64,000 nt of DNA from Octopus sinensis (taxonomy: Eukaryota), in contig NC_043017.1 of NCBI RefSeq assembly GCF_006345805.1, positions 1,612,001 through 1,676,000 of the forward strand. Reading direction: 5' to 3'. The notes under the pieces were generated by a model. It saw only the letters and a program-made list of their open reading frames with translations. It had not been told where the DNA came from and searched no databases. A program made the translations under genes and the position numbers. Each line of letters opens with the position of its first letter. Position 1 is the stretch's first letter. Positions 27,133 through 41,560 of the stretch are shown piece by piece.

Positions 27133-27665
27133 ATATGATTTCTCTTTACATTTATTTTCTATTTTGCAGTACTATTTTTCGCGATTTAATCAGATATTTC
27201 TCATTTGTTGTCTTCGAACGACAAATGCAAACGAGAGCAATAAATAAATATATAACTAAATGAATAACGAAAATACTAATAACATATAAAAACCAACCGG
27301 ACGAAGAGTTTTTCAAAATCCTTGATTCTTATGAAAAACAGATATTTCGACGCATAATACTTTAAATAGAAAGAATTTTTTTTTACTTTCTCTTGTCCTA
27401 CCGTATTTTTAAGTTTTCCATAGTAGAATCGTTTTGCATAAACAACTCAATGTAAAGAAGGAAATAACAAAAAAATTAGACGAATAGATTTTTCTGAGCT
27501 TTATTTATCTATTTATTTATTTTTTTTTTTTTTATTCATTCATTTATCAATCTACTTACACATTTATTTAGACATTATTTTTAGTTAAGTTTGCGAATTT
27601 CAATCCATGTTATTTTCTAAATACTTAATGGCCACAAAATACGTGCACACACACACACACATATA

Positions 27666-27730
<65 letters not shown>

Positions 27731-27741
27731 TATATATATAC

Positions 27742-27795
<54 letters not shown>

Positions 27796-28036
27796 TGAAT
27801 ATGTATATATATATACATAACTTTTGATATATTAAGCTATATAAATGTGAGTGTATGTTTATGCGTGAGTGTGTGAAGATTTGTGTGAATGTTTCTATAT
27901 ACACAAGTTTTTCATTTATTTTTCTTTTGCATGTTTACACGTGCTTCTATGCTCTTACATAAAATACGTTTCAAAGTCAGTAACATCAGACGCATACAAA
28001 CACATGTGTATATATGCGTAGATATTTGCATATATG

Positions 28037-28092
<56 letters not shown>

Positions 28093-28118
28093 AATATATG
28101 TATATATATTATATAATA

Positions 28119-28184
<66 letters not shown>

Positions 28185-28866
28185 CTCTCTCCAGACACAT
28201 CTGCAATATGATTGATTAATACTAACTTGAAAACTGAAACGAGGAATAGAAGTGTATTTCTTATTAAACTAGAAACGCAAAATCTGCCTTTTATATATCA
28301 TTAAGTTGTATATATGATTATTTCCCTATGATTTAATATGAAAACATATATCTCTCTCTCTATATATATATATATATTTATAACCAAACAGATGCATATA
28401 AATGTTTACATCTATATGTATATAGTATATATGTGTGTATATATATATATAGATATATCTATATCTATATCTATATATCTATATATATATATTCATATAC
28501 GCACATATTATTAAACATAAGCTCGTGGACGCACATATTTAGTAACACTTGCCTCACACACACACACAGCTCGTTTCATTTGAAGTGTTCGTATTTTTAA
28601 AATATAAGTCTGTAAAAAAAGTAAAGTACTTTATATACACAAAGAATTTTATTGATTTTTACCTTTCAAATTTTCTCACCTGGGCGTTATTATTGTTGAA
28701 GTTATTGTCGCTTTTGTTGTTAGTACTTACGAATTTATTCTTTTCATTGCTATACATACCTTAGCTGAAACTTGTGATGATCATGAAGATGTTGATGGTG
28801 ATAATAATAATAATATTGTTATTGTATCTATTACTAAATGTTACAACTTAATGATATATAAAAGGC

Positions 28867-28897
<31 letters not shown>

Positions 28898-29887
28898 ATA
28901 TATTATATATATATATATATATAGATAGATATATAGATAGATAGATATACACATATATGCATATATAAGGGGTATACCTATATACATATATATAATTTAT
29001 ATACATATATGTATGTAGGCACATATATATATTTATATGTGTATATATGTACGCATATATATATGTGTGTGTGTGTGTATATGTGTGTGGGTGTGTGTGT
29101 GCATGTATATACAGGCATATATAAGCATGCACATATATATAAACATAGAGTATATCTGCATATATATGTGAGCATATCTGTTCTCATTTATATGGAAGCA
29201 CGTACGTTCATGATATCCGTACATGCATACATTTCTGCGCTGTATAAATAGATACACACACACACACACTTCACTACGCAAATTTAAACCCATGCATGTG
29301 TTCCAAAATAAGTATCTCGTTACATGCCTACATGCATGCATTTGTTTCTCACTCTCAATCTTTTAGAAATATTCTGGCCCAGAGATCACCTGCGCATGAG
29401 AAAAGGAATTGGTCGCCAGCCTCAAACAAGAAATCCTTACTAAAACAGAAGTTTCATAATATAACATTTTTTTTTTACTTCTAATAAAATATTTGGTTCA
29501 TATTTCTTTATTATATATGTAGTAAGGGAGTCTTTATAATAGGAACTTTGGTGAAATTGTTCAACGTGTAAAGCAGCTTAATTTGAGCAGCTTAGAATCG
29601 GTAGTACGCCGTAATTAAAACCTTATGTTATGCTAGTTTCATATTGGCATACCTACATAGCAAACTAACTGCCTGCACATATTGTTCATACATACATACC
29701 TGCATACATATATATACATACATACACGCTCACGTAGTACACAGAGTCACACACACACACATACACATATTTTAAATATCTATATATGTATATGCGTGTG
29801 TATTGAGATAATGTGCGCTTGTGTATATTCATATATGTATATATGAATCTCTCCATTTATACATATATATATCGATACACAATACCC

Positions 29888-29925
<38 letters not shown>

Positions 29926-29942
29926 GTATATATATATATATG

Positions 29943-30025
<83 letters not shown>

Positions 30026-30611
30026 CATGTATGTATACGTACAAGCGCACGCGTGTGTAAATATGGTTTTGGCTATATAGTTTCTAAGTAGGATAGAATT
30101 GCTTCCAGTTTTAAGGTAAATTAAACTCGCTTCTGCATCAGATTCTGAGTTCTTAAAGAATTCTTCAAGTGAGGACTTAAGATGAAGGTTTTGGAAATGC
30201 CAATGGTTTTGTTTATGTGACTATTCCGTTCCAGTTTTGTAGATTTAAGCTGTTTATATAAATAGATATGTTTGTCACTCTCCTTGTTTGTATGTGTCTG
30301 AGTGTTTGCGCCTTGATGTCTATATGTGTAAGTTTGTGTGTGCGTATTTGTTTGTAATTGTGTGAGTCTGTCTGTTTGGTTATACAAGCGTATAATATAT
30401 ATGTCTGATATTTTGCTGGAATGTTTGCCTGTATTTCTCTCATTCTCTCCTGTTCTCCTCTCCCTGTCTCTCACTCATTTTCTTTCTTTCTCTCTCTCTC
30501 TCTCTCCCTCTTCTCCTTATCTTTCTCTCTCTCTCTGTATATAAACATAGATATGTAGATAGATACTTTGATAGATGTACACTTCAAATGTTTAGTTATG
30601 TATACAACTAT

Positions 30612-30661
<50 letters not shown>

Positions 30662-30744
30662 ACACAGATATATATATATATATATATATGCTAATATACT
30701 GTCAGATATATATGCATATGTATTTCTGTGTATAGATGCCGACA

Positions 30745-32112
30745 TATACATGCTATACTTCGTATATGACAAACAAGAAATCCAGGGACAGAAAAATCCT
30801 CATGAGACGCAGATCAGAATCTCAAAATGGCTGAATAGGCAACTGAAGGACAATGAGAAGCCTGTCTTGATACGGACACTCCTAGAAATAGAAAACAGAA
30901 TCAGACTCTCTCACAAAATGGAAAGAGCAGGGAGAGAGAAGCGAACTGTGGAAAGCATAAAAACAAATCCCAAAGAGACTTTTAAATTCGCAAACTAAAC
31001 AAACACAATATAATATAAAATAGGACCATTGTTCCAAGGGAATGACTCACTGACAGGAGGCCCAAGGGGGAGGAGTGAGATACTCGGTGATCAACTTAAA
31101 GGTGTCTTCACTCTCCACACCCCGAACACGTGCAGAGTAATTCCGCCTGAGTAATTCTTTAATATTACAGCTCTATAAATGGAGGCACCAGCCATCGATT
31201 ACATCAACATTGAAGAGATAAATGTTAGAGCGGGCAAATATGAAATGATCTCATGCTCCACAATTGGCCTTGATGTTTTTCAGCTATTCTCTTAAACTTA
31301 TATAAGCAGGCTTCAGTGAAACCACTTCAGATACTTTTCCAACCGTTCCTTGCAATTGGTAAACTTCCTAAAAATTGAAACAATGCATTATATGTCCAAT
31401 CCACAAAGGATAGCAGAGGAGAAGCCGAAGGTGCCAGGCCATTCTCTCTCACATTACATATCAGTAACCTCATAAGCGAATCCTCAGAAAGAAGTTGATA
31501 ATATTTCTAGAAGAAAATGCCATACACTCCAATAGACAGCATGGCTTCCGTCCAGGAAGAAGCTGTCTCACACAACTGCTACAGCGCAATGACTGGCTTT
31601 TGAAACAGCCGCTTGGTCATTTCGATGTCAGCGTGATATACCTTGACTTTGCAAAGGCATTTAATAAGGTAGATCATAGCATGATAAGTCAGAAGCTACG
31701 AGACCTTGGCATTGCTGATAAACTGGGAGAGTAGCTACATGACTTCCTCAGTTATTTGCAGCCAACAGTGGTCTTTCTGAGGAAACTCAAATCCTAAGTG
31801 GTGTTCCCCAGGGGGAATGATCTGAGGCCGTTACTGCTCATAATAGCTCTCTTAGATATGCCCTCCGTCACTCCGACAGCCACTGGCACCAACTATGCCG
31901 ATGACACAAAATTATCACAGGCAACAAAAAGCCAAGATGACGTCATAAGCTTACAGCGGGACCTGAATTCGATATACAAGTGGGCCGAAATAAACAATGA
32001 GCAGTTTAATGCAGGAAAATTTCAAGACCCTGCACTATCAACTCACAAATGCACTACATCCTGCTTATAAAAGACCCGAAGGCACTACAATCCCAGAGTC
32101 ACAGTCAATAAA
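30745..32112 (+). mobile_element. CR1-group LINE ORF2 remnant (reverse transcriptase)
   Basis: SIKTNPKETFKFA, RQHGFRPGRSCLTQLL, IYLDFAKAFNKVDH (31639 onward), GVPQG-like segment, YADD (31894-31905), LQRDLNSIYKWA and QFNAGKFQ. Stops and frameshifts. Truncated at both ends. Confidence 0.93.
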
Positions 32113-33949
32113 AGTCTTCTATGAAGCACCTGTGCATTCGGCCGTGAAAATTCTATGGCAAGTACGTAGAAAGTATCTACGTATCCACCGTGAATACGAG
32201 ATATTTGTGTTTAAAAACGGGTATGAAGCGAATTCGGAATATAAATCAAGGGTGACCCTGTACACGTTTGTTGAATTTGCTAGTTATGGCAGCGAAATAA
32301 GTCTCAACTTGCACCCGTCATTTTCTAAAGCGGTCACATCGGTTTACACTGTGCCTGAAAAAAGGTAGGACATTTGTAATATGTGTAACTTTAAACCGTC
32401 TCAGCTAAGACTGGAATCTAAAACAGCGGCAAAGACTATCTCATGCAATTTTGATGTTTCAGCATTGTTTAATTAAACCATTGATATTAAAATATCGAAT
32501 ATATGGAAATCTCTGACTGAGTTACCAATGGAAACGGTTTACCATTGACATTCATTTAGCTTCAATATTAAGAACATGTCTCTGGCAAAGACTTTTGGCT
32601 TTATTAATAGACCAGACTCTTTGCTCTGTCTTTAGTTTTATTACTCATATACAGCTGTTTTTATTCATTTATTTATTTTGTTTAATTCGATAAAACATAA
32701 AACATTCGAAAAATTGAATATATGAACTTTCTGGTGCTAAGCAATTTCTTTTATTATCCTTATGGCAATATCAGTTACAATAATAAAGTTATACATCATT
32801 ATAGACACTTCTAAGTCTTCACTTAATTAACGAACCAACGTGGTGTCTGTTTATTTTATTCTCTGCCATCATAAACATAAATAATATCTTCGATAAAACG
32901 TTAATCGCCACACGGTGGTCACACTCTAGTTCGGGGTCTCAGAACTTTCGAGAAGTATGGAATTTCTCCCTTAGTCACCATTACTCACAGTCCACTCAGT
33001 TCAGTAGTTATTAAGGGGTCAGTTATGGCGCTTGTGGGTAACGTACACAAAATTCAGAGGAGCGCTAGCTTCTAGACCTGTGTCATGTAGATCCAACCTT
33101 CTATAGATATGCCTCGGTTTTGCGTGGGTCAGCCCTTTGTCTAGCATGTTACATAGGTTATGTGAATCAAGGGTAAGAGTAAATAATAAATTAACGGGCA
33201 GAAAGCAATCAGAGACTTCTACTCTATCCTCCCATTAAAATATAACTGTAAGCATGCTAGATAAAAAATACCTTCTCTACATAGAAAACTCATCATCATC
33301 ATCATCTTTATCATGAATATCTTCATCATCACAGTTACCTTCATCGTTATCGCTGTCATCATCATCGTTGTCATCTTCGTCGTCACAAAACCGTTCGACG
33401 CCGCTACATTTTCTAAACCGAGAGAATCACGTTAACTTAAAACGAATGAATGAAAGAATGAAATAGAAAAAAAAGTAGAAAAGTAAAAAGCAAAAAAAAT
33501 AGAGACGAAAAAAAGTTGAAGACGGGAAAGGTAAATGGCGGTAATCTAAGAAAACAGAAGACGGGGGGGGGAATAAACAAAGATGGAAAGCAATGCACAC
33601 ACATACAAACACACACACACACACTCACACACACATACACACACACACAAAGAGAGACGTGAAAAAGTATTCTATCCACAACACTAATCTGTTAATTCTA
33701 CTCTCTTGCGTTGTCAAGTTTTAAATTATGTATCAGTAATGAAAGATCTTTCGGCTTGCTGTCTACTTATTTCTTTCTTTGCTTCTGATAATTCGAAAAC
33801 TGATTAGATCATTTATGCAAAAAAAAATAATAATTTTCTGGACGCGAAACTAGCTTGAAAAAAATTTAGCAAAGATGTCTGGAAGAGAAAGCAAATTTCA
33901 GAAAGCAATTATATGTATTTTGTGGTTGAAAGTAAAATAAAACCCCAAA

Positions 33950-34870
33950 TGAATTTCTGTAATGTATCGGAAACCTTTACTGGTGAAATTATTAATTAAG
34001 TAAATTTCTTATATTTCGTAAAAACATCCCATGATCCCAGGAAACTCGTGATGCTCAACGTCTGTAAATATCAATTTGTGAAATTAGGAACATTACGCTT
34101 GAATAAGGTTTTATTTTTATGTTTGGATGCTGCGTGGAATATTGATCGAGTACTAACGTTTCAATAACGGCTTTTATTTGAGAAGCACCCTTTCGAAAAT
34201 ATTAGAACTTGTGTTTCCCTGTGGTATATTAACTTACTCCAAGTTTTGGACAGATTTAATGAGTAAATAGATATGGGTCGCCATACCGATATCGTGCTGT
34301 CAGTTTAAACGCAACATGCACGTACTATCTTCAAAATAAATATTTCGTCGTTAGTCGACGATGACTGCCATAGTCGATATTTTACAATCTTATGTACTTC
34401 ATCGTTCCTTTCCATCATCATCGTATTCTTGTAATAGAGCCCTTCCCATTGCTCCAGTTTCATTTGCTGAGAATGCATTCTGTCCTCGCTAGGCGTGCTG
34501 TCTGCTGGTGCTTTATTATCATTGTTTCCTATTTTCGTTTTTTATTTCTTCAATTTCTAAGTCAGCCTCTCATTTGTTCTTCTTGCTCCTGCTTGGTCGG
34601 TTGCTCACTCATCTCGAAGTGTCCTATTTCATCATATTTTGATTTCCTGCAGTGTTCGAACTTCCTTCTACTGGATTCACTTCTGATCCAGCACTCAATT
34701 TCAGTTCCCTTTGCCTCCAAATCCCACCATTTTTCTCTGACTTTTAATATAAATAGTCTCTGGATGACAACCGGGCCTGCACTGCTCAGCTTCAAGACAT
34801 CTGCCGGGTGACAGTCTTTCGCCGTTGGCTCTAGACCCATTTGCACAATCGTATTCGACATAGTCACTCT
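33950..34870 (-). mobile_element. Probable decayed Penelope-like reverse transcriptase
   Basis: Minus-strand fragments occur in the expected order: QMGLEPT (KGLxFxPT-like), PTKQEQ (LTKxE-like), IIK-PAD (IIKPADKG-like), NIYFEDS, QHDIGMAT...NLE (QxxGxxMG...LE-like) and HPNIK. Each match alone is weak. Confidence 0.4.
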
Positions 34871-35298
34871 TTATTAAGATATGTACCTTAAGGTTAGCTA
34901 CCAATCAGTACTTTCATCGGGACACCATCACTAGTTAAATTATGAACCAAGACTGCAGAGTTATTGCTACCCAGAAATCGGGACTATTACCATTCACATT
35001 TCTGAGGGTTGGGAACCGCGTTCATTATTCTCACTAGAAGACAGGTAGCGCTCTTTTCAGCTATCTTTGTCCCGTACTTCCATTTTGTAAAATATTAAAA
35101 GACTTAACAAGGCCTCGAGATGGCAAAATCATTGGCATTTCGAGGACTATAAATAAGTACTAGTTGAACACTGTGGCTGAGGTTATAGACTTCACTTCAT
35201 CTTTGAAATTGCTGTCCTTGTGCCAAAATTTGAAATTGCTTTCATGAATCTTTTAGCACACCGAGAAAAGTTCTTAGCGGTATTTCTTCCGTCTATAC

Positions 35299-35643
35299 CA
35301 GTGGTTCTGAATTGGGGTCCATGTGGTACCTGAAGATCCATATAAGATTTTGGGGTCTCCGCAAAACAAAACATTATACTGGAGATTCACAATAGTATTT
35401 TAAGGGCCCAGAAAAATGTTTTGCTTTAGATGGATGCATTGCTGTAGAATCGCGTATTGCAAGAAACAGCTAAGCTTCTTTCTCTAACATTTTACATAAT
35501 TCAACCTACAAAAGTCAATGTGTAGAAAACAAAATAGGAATTTCTATAAAACTAGATTTCAAATGTAAAATAGCTATGGGGGTCCCCCAAAATAAAATAG
35601 TAATCGAAGGGATCCTTAGATAAAAAATAGTTGAGAATCACTG
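35299..35643. mobile_element. hAT (Charlie/MER5-like) MITE, 345 bp
   Basis: TIRs CAGTGGTTCTGAA and TTGAGAATCACTG. The 8-bp target duplication is gtctatac (35291-35298) and atctatac (35644-35651), 7/8 identical. Confidence 0.88.
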
Positions 35644-35659
35644 ATCTATACATTATGAC

Positions 35660-35800
35660 ATTAAATTCTGTGGTCGATTTTACCGATCATAATGCGAGAT
35701 CGATAAAATAAGTACGAGCTACGTGCTACTCTAATCGATGAAATCGACTTACTCCTTCCTTGGAATTTCTGGCCTTGTACCAAACTTTGAAATCGTTATC
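35660..35800 (+). mobile_element. SINE family A 3' portion, degenerate
   Basis: ggtcgatttt...gtcgataaaataagtac...aatcgac...ggccttgtaccaaactttgaaa-like segments parallel 46570-46700. Confidence 0.65.
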
Positions 35801-36249
35801 ATTTTTCATGGATTTCAATTCTTTCTTCATTTATTTATTTAGTTTCCAGAAACTAATCAACATAATCCAATAAAGGATTTTTATAATTTTAATTATATAT
35901 TTTTTCCCAGAATCGCGTTTGTTTGTTTTTTCGGGTGTTGACTTTTTTTTTTGCCTGAGTTGTTATTTTTATTATATTTTATTAACTTCTGTTCCTTTTT
36001 TTCTTATTTTCTCGTTTTCTTTTTCCTGTTCCTGCATTTTTACATATTAGCCTGACTTCTCTTAATTGTCATTACACATTGCATTGGGATAATTGCAGAG
36101 TTAGGAGGAAACACCACATTTAATTCCCAATCATCTTTTTTCCAACGGTTTTTTCATCCAAGACTTTCTCATAGTTCTACTCCCTTTTTTCCCCCTTTTT
36201 TCTGGTAATTAGGCGCACTTCTCCTTACTCTTCTCTTTTACTCCTTCTT

Positions 36250-37020
36250 CATCTCATCCTCATCCATCTCCTCATCATTTACTTCCTTTCCTTCTCCTTT
36301 TTTCATCATCATCAACATCATCGTCTTCACGATCATCAACACCGTCGTCGTAGTAATCATCATCATCTTCATCATTATCCCCGTCAGCGATATGTAATTC
36401 ATCATTTAATTGTTGTTGCTGTTGTTGTTTATCTTCTACTGCTCTTCCTCCTCCCCTTCTTCTCCTCCTCCACCTCCTCTTCCCCTTCTCATCTTCTTCC
36501 TCCTCCTTCTTCTTCTTCTTCTTCTTCTTCTCCCCTTCTCCTACTCTTCCCCTTCTTCTCCCCTTCTCCTCCTCCTCCTCCACTTCTAGTTCTTGTTCTT
36601 CTTCTTCTTCTTCTCCTTTTTCTTCTTCTCCTCCTCCTTCCTCTTCTTCTTCTTCTTCTTTCTTCTCCCCTTCTCCTCCTCCTCCTCCTCCTCCTCCGCT
36701 TGTTCTTCTTCTTCTACTTCTTCTTTCTTCTTCTTCTTCTTCTTCTTCTCCTTCTCCTTCTCCTACTTCTTCTCTCCTACTTCTTCTTCTCCTCTTCTTC
36801 TTCTTCTTCTTCTACCTCTCCTTCTTCTTCTTCTTCTTCTTCTTCTACTTCTTCTCCGCTTCTTCTTCTTCTTCTTCTTCTTCTCATTCTTCTTCTCCTT
36901 CTTCTTCTTCTTCTCCGTCTTCTTCTTCTTCTTCTACTTCTTCTCCTTCTTCTTCTTCTTCTTCTTCTTCTTCTTCTTCTTCTTCTTCTTCTTCTTCTTC
37001 TACTACTTCTCCTCCCATTA
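36250..37020. repeat. Compound (CAT)/(CCT)/(CTT)n polypyrimidine triplet array
   Basis: Directly visible. It is the source of the poly-L, poly-S, poly-F and poly-R ORFs. Confidence 0.96.
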
Positions 37021-37357
37021 CTACTAACACTACCACCACTATTATAACTACCATCTTTCCGCTTTGAACGAGTGTCTTTTGCTTTTGCTTCTGTTTTCTT
37101 TCCTTTTTTCTTTTTTTTTTTTGTCTTTACCATTTCCTCTTTCCCACATTTAATATTTACTCTAATCTCGGTCCTAAACTGTCAGATTCTATTAATACCT
37201 TCACTAAATTTTCATAACAATTCATCTGTTTTATGGAGATTTTTCATATTTTCTGCTGAGTGTCTTTGTGTTTTTTTTCCTATAATTTTTCTTGATTAAT
37301 TTCAATTAAAACTTCAACGACCTTAAATATTTTGGAGCAATATTATTATTATTATTA

Positions 37358-37410
<53 letters not shown>

Positions 37411-37438
37411 GTTGTTGTTGTTGTTGTTGTTGTTATTG

Positions 37439-37482
<44 letters not shown>

Positions 37483-37521
37483 GTTGTTGTTGTTGTTGTT
37501 GTTGTGTTATTTTCCAAGATT

Positions 37522-37742
37522 AAGGTGGTGAGCTGGTAGAACAGTTAGCACGTCAGGCCATAGGCTTAGTAAGGTTTCGCCACTCTTACCCTTCTGAGTT
37601 TAAATTTCGCCAAGGTCGACTTTGCCTTCCATCGATAAAACAAGTACCAGTTGAATACTGAGGTCGATGTAATCGACTCATCTCTTACCCCCGAAAATGC
37701 TGCCCTTGTCTCAAAATTCGAAACCATTATTATTATTATTAT
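37522..37742 (+). mobile_element. SINE family A, full length, with (ATT)n tail
   Basis: aaggtggtgagctggtagaacagttagcac...gtcgactttgcctt...gtcgatgtaatcgact...cccttgtctcaaaattcgaaacc followed by (att)n. Confidence 0.85.
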
Positions 37743-38172
37743 TGAGTGAGAGAGCAGTGCATGCCTTCAAAGTGACAATGGGGTAAAGTATACCCATCAT
37801 GACTACTCGTTTGATAAGGGTACACTAGGCACATGCATCACAACCATATGTGCACAACATGGTGATCTCATATGAAGATAAACAGCACATGACTTTGCAG
37901 GTGGGGCCCAGTTAGAATTTTCTTCTGGTCGAGTGGCTCATAGCGCCCAAAAGGTCCCTGAATAAGGGTTGTTTAAGGATGTTGAACACCCATGTTTCCT
38001 GAGGTGAATTATCCAAACCTCAAAGAATTCTTCTCAACACATGGCTATGATGCTCTCCCACTACTTCTGCTCATGATTAGAGATGCACATATCGTCAGCC
38101 ACTAAGGGACATGCTCAATTGGTTATGGTCAAACAACTGACAAACACATCTGTGGCATTGAGCAGAATATTT
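37728..38172 (-). mobile_element. Interspersed retro-element (family D) with (AAT)n tail, tail-to-tail with the family A copy
   Basis: Complex ~430-bp sequence whose minus strand ends ...gcatgcactgctctctcactc then (aat)n. Recognised from memory as an abundant octopus repeat. Confidence 0.6.
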
Positions 38173-38174
38173 GC

Positions 38175-38400
38175 TGCGGTCGTAGGATCGCGGTTTCGAT
38201 TCCCAGACCTGGCGTTGTGAGTGTTTAATGAGCATCTAAAGCCCCATGAGGCTCTGGCACGGGTTGGTGGCGATCCCTGCTGTACTCTTTCGCCACAACT
38301 TTCACTCACCCTCTCTTCTGTTGGCCTGCTCGCTTAGTCAGCGAGGTGGCGGCATTTGAAGGCTAAAACAATGCGAAGCCTGGACGGTCACGTGACGTGA
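38175..38400 (+). mobile_element. tRNA-derived SINE (family C variant)
   Basis: B box GGTTTCGATTCC, then ttgtgagtgttta...ccctgctgtactctttc.ccacaa, shared with the minus-strand copy at 13620-13780. It ends in ggtcacgtgacgtga followed by (TA)n. Confidence 0.8.
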
Positions 38401-39954
38401 TATATATATATACATATTAATACATACATACAAACATACATATGTGTGTGTTTATTGACACGTGTATATAAATAGATACACACTAAGACACACACACACA
38501 CACACACACACATATTCTCGCACATTTTAATTAAAATGCACAGAGGAAAACATTTCTACAGAATAAGTCCGATGCTTTGTTGCTGGGGTTGTTCTTTATT
38601 TTCTTCACGGGCGTAAAAATTATTGCATTGCGAGAATGAAGCTGCCATAATACTAACGCCACCCTTCACAGACATTCACAGACCCCGTCTTTTTTATTAA
38701 TAAATGACAACTAAAAGCGTCCTGTCACCTTGATGTAAATGAATGTCTTGTAGTATTTGAAATGGGATTCTATTTGAGAGTTTGGTGATTGTTTGACAGG
38801 TTTTCCGGTTAATGACCTGTGTTTTGTGGCGAGAATAGTTTGGTTGATGAAGTTGGTGGAAAGGAGACGTGAAGAGGGAAATTAAGGAATTGGAATTTTA
38901 TGGACGGTACTGGTGGTGAAAAATTTGAACTTGATGAAGAGGAGGAGGTCGAGTGTGAAGGGGAAAGAGACAGTAAGAGGAGTAAAGCTGTAGAGGTGCA
39001 TCATGAAGTTGATGGCGGTGATGATGATTTTTGTCGTTGGTGGTGGAGGTATTTATGATGATGATGATGATGATGATAACTGTGATATTGAAGATGATTA
39101 TGTTATTGATGATGATGGGGATGTGGGGGGTGTTAGTGCTTGTAAAAAGAAGGAAGGAACAGAGGGCGGAAGGTTGGTGTTTGTAGTGTGGATGTTGATG
39201 ATGATATTCATGAGGGTGTTAATAACAGTGATGATGGTGATGATGGTAATAACGATGATGATGATGAGGAGGAGGATGTGGATGATGATGAGGGTGACGA
39301 TGATGATGGTGATGTTGATGATGATGATAGTCATGAGGTGTTAATAACAGTGATAATGGTGATGATGATGATGATGGTGAGGAGGAGGAGGATAATGATG
39401 ATGATGATGGTGTGTCATAGAATTTGAAGACCTTGTTGTTTAATTTATATACATATATTGTTGTTGTATGTTTATATAATAGCCGAAGATCGTCTTCGAC
39501 CTAAACGATTTTGGATTCATATTATTACGTAAAATGCTTCACGACGATTTTAGTATACACACCTTATTAGTATTTCCTCCTATGTTCTAAATACTCTGGG
39601 AATGCATTAAAGCCCTTTTCGGGGCTACTTTATTGGAATTCTTACTATCGGATAACTAATTTCATGTCATTGCAAAATTGACTTCACAGTTTGTGTATTC
39701 ATAAATTATTGGGAATTTCTAAAAACAAGATCCTCTATAAGACAGTTCGGTATTCTCAGTGAATGCACAAACACCGTTTTAAGGGCAACATACTTTGTAT
39801 TGTTGTGATTGGATTAGCGAAACAATTATGAGAACGGAACCAAGGGATAAGTATTTGCATGCCACTATCGATACTATAAACGAATTTCAAATGTGTATGT
39901 GTGTGTGTGTGTGTTGTGTGTGTGTGAATGTGCCTGGCCAAGTGCTAAGGTTTT

Positions 39955-40085
39955 TGATCTCAGGATCGCTGTCGGCCTGAAGCTATAGTACAAGACACTT
40001 GCCCAAGTTTATGTGGACGGGGACTGAACCCGTAGCCATAAACTGTTCCCAAGCTAGCTTCGTCCCACAAAATTACGCCTGCACA
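39955..40085 (-). mobile_element. SINE family B 5' fragment
   Basis: gtcggcctgaagctatagtacaagacacttgcccaag...gggactgaaccc. Confidence 0.75.
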
Positions 40086-41411
40086 GTTGATTCTGAAATA
40101 AAATTAATAAATATAACCAGCTCAAACTTTGCCACGTTTATTAGTCTATGTTTAGATATCTTAGGAAATTGCATTTAAGCTTTTGTTCATATCAATGTTA
40201 AGTTCAAACACTTATTGAAATCTTCAAATCATTTCCTAATTTTTCTCATTTAGAAATATTCTAGAATATTATATGAAAAATCTCGTAGGCGTCGATATTT
40301 TTCATATAATATTTATATAACAATATCATATTCCGTTCCGTCTTTTCAGTAAAAAAAGTTTAACATGCACTTGCGAGATTGGTTTCGTATGTTCTTTAAA
40401 GAGCAAAATTGTGAGTTTCTCAGTCTCATTCTCAACATGTGTTTCTCCATTTGGCGAAATTACACGACGAATATGTTACTTTTGGAGTAGGAACGAAAAG
40501 AAAAAATCAACAGTGTCTATAACGTTCAATAGACATACATATACATATATACGCACACAAACAAATATACATACATATATATGTGTATATATGTATGTGT
40601 GTTTGAATGTATATACAAACTTAGAAGTCCGAGAGATATGATCAAAGCTGGAACCAAAAACAGAAAATGCTATAAATAATGGCGTTTGAATATTTTATTC
40701 AGAACCAATTGGACGGGAAAATGCGGTGAAGAAACCAAAATACAAAAAAGACATCAACAGGGATAAATTGAGAATGAATAATATTTATTTGAGATTGAGA
40801 GAAAACAGGAAGAGTTAATTTTACTATATCTTTCTTCCGAAGTGGAAAAAAGACAGAATGAAATCGATGAGAAAAAGGGAAATGCCCGAAGAACAGTGGA
40901 CATGAGGCAATAATTACATGCAAATGAGATGAAAGGAGCGAAGGGTGGCTGTTACAGGATGCATGATGCAACAGAAAGGGTGACATTTTGGTTATTAAGG
41001 GGAGTTAAGCTGGAAGTGAGAAAGAGACAAAAGCAGTCAATTAGTCAAATCTGCTGGCCAACCATTGGGAGGCTTTTTACGCTTCATGGTCGAAACACCT
41101 GATGATCGCTGGATAATCTGGGATGGCATCAGTTATTGCTGGCCAAAGCTCGATTCGCTTTGGTGAATGGAAAAGAAGCACCCTCTTCTAGGTGTTATCA
41201 ATATATAGAAATGTGTATACTTCGAGGTCCACTGTTCAATCAATTCATATACATGTGTGTATGTGTGTGTAAATATGCATGTGAGTTTGTATGTTTCCAT
41301 TTAGAAAAAAAAACAGATATCGATAGAAAATCGATATATGGGTAGATAGACAGATAGACAGATTATATATAGATATATGATATATTATATATATATATAT
41401 AATATATATAT

Positions 41412-41461
<50 letters not shown>

Positions 41462-41465
41462 TATA

Positions 41466-41560
<95 letters not shown>

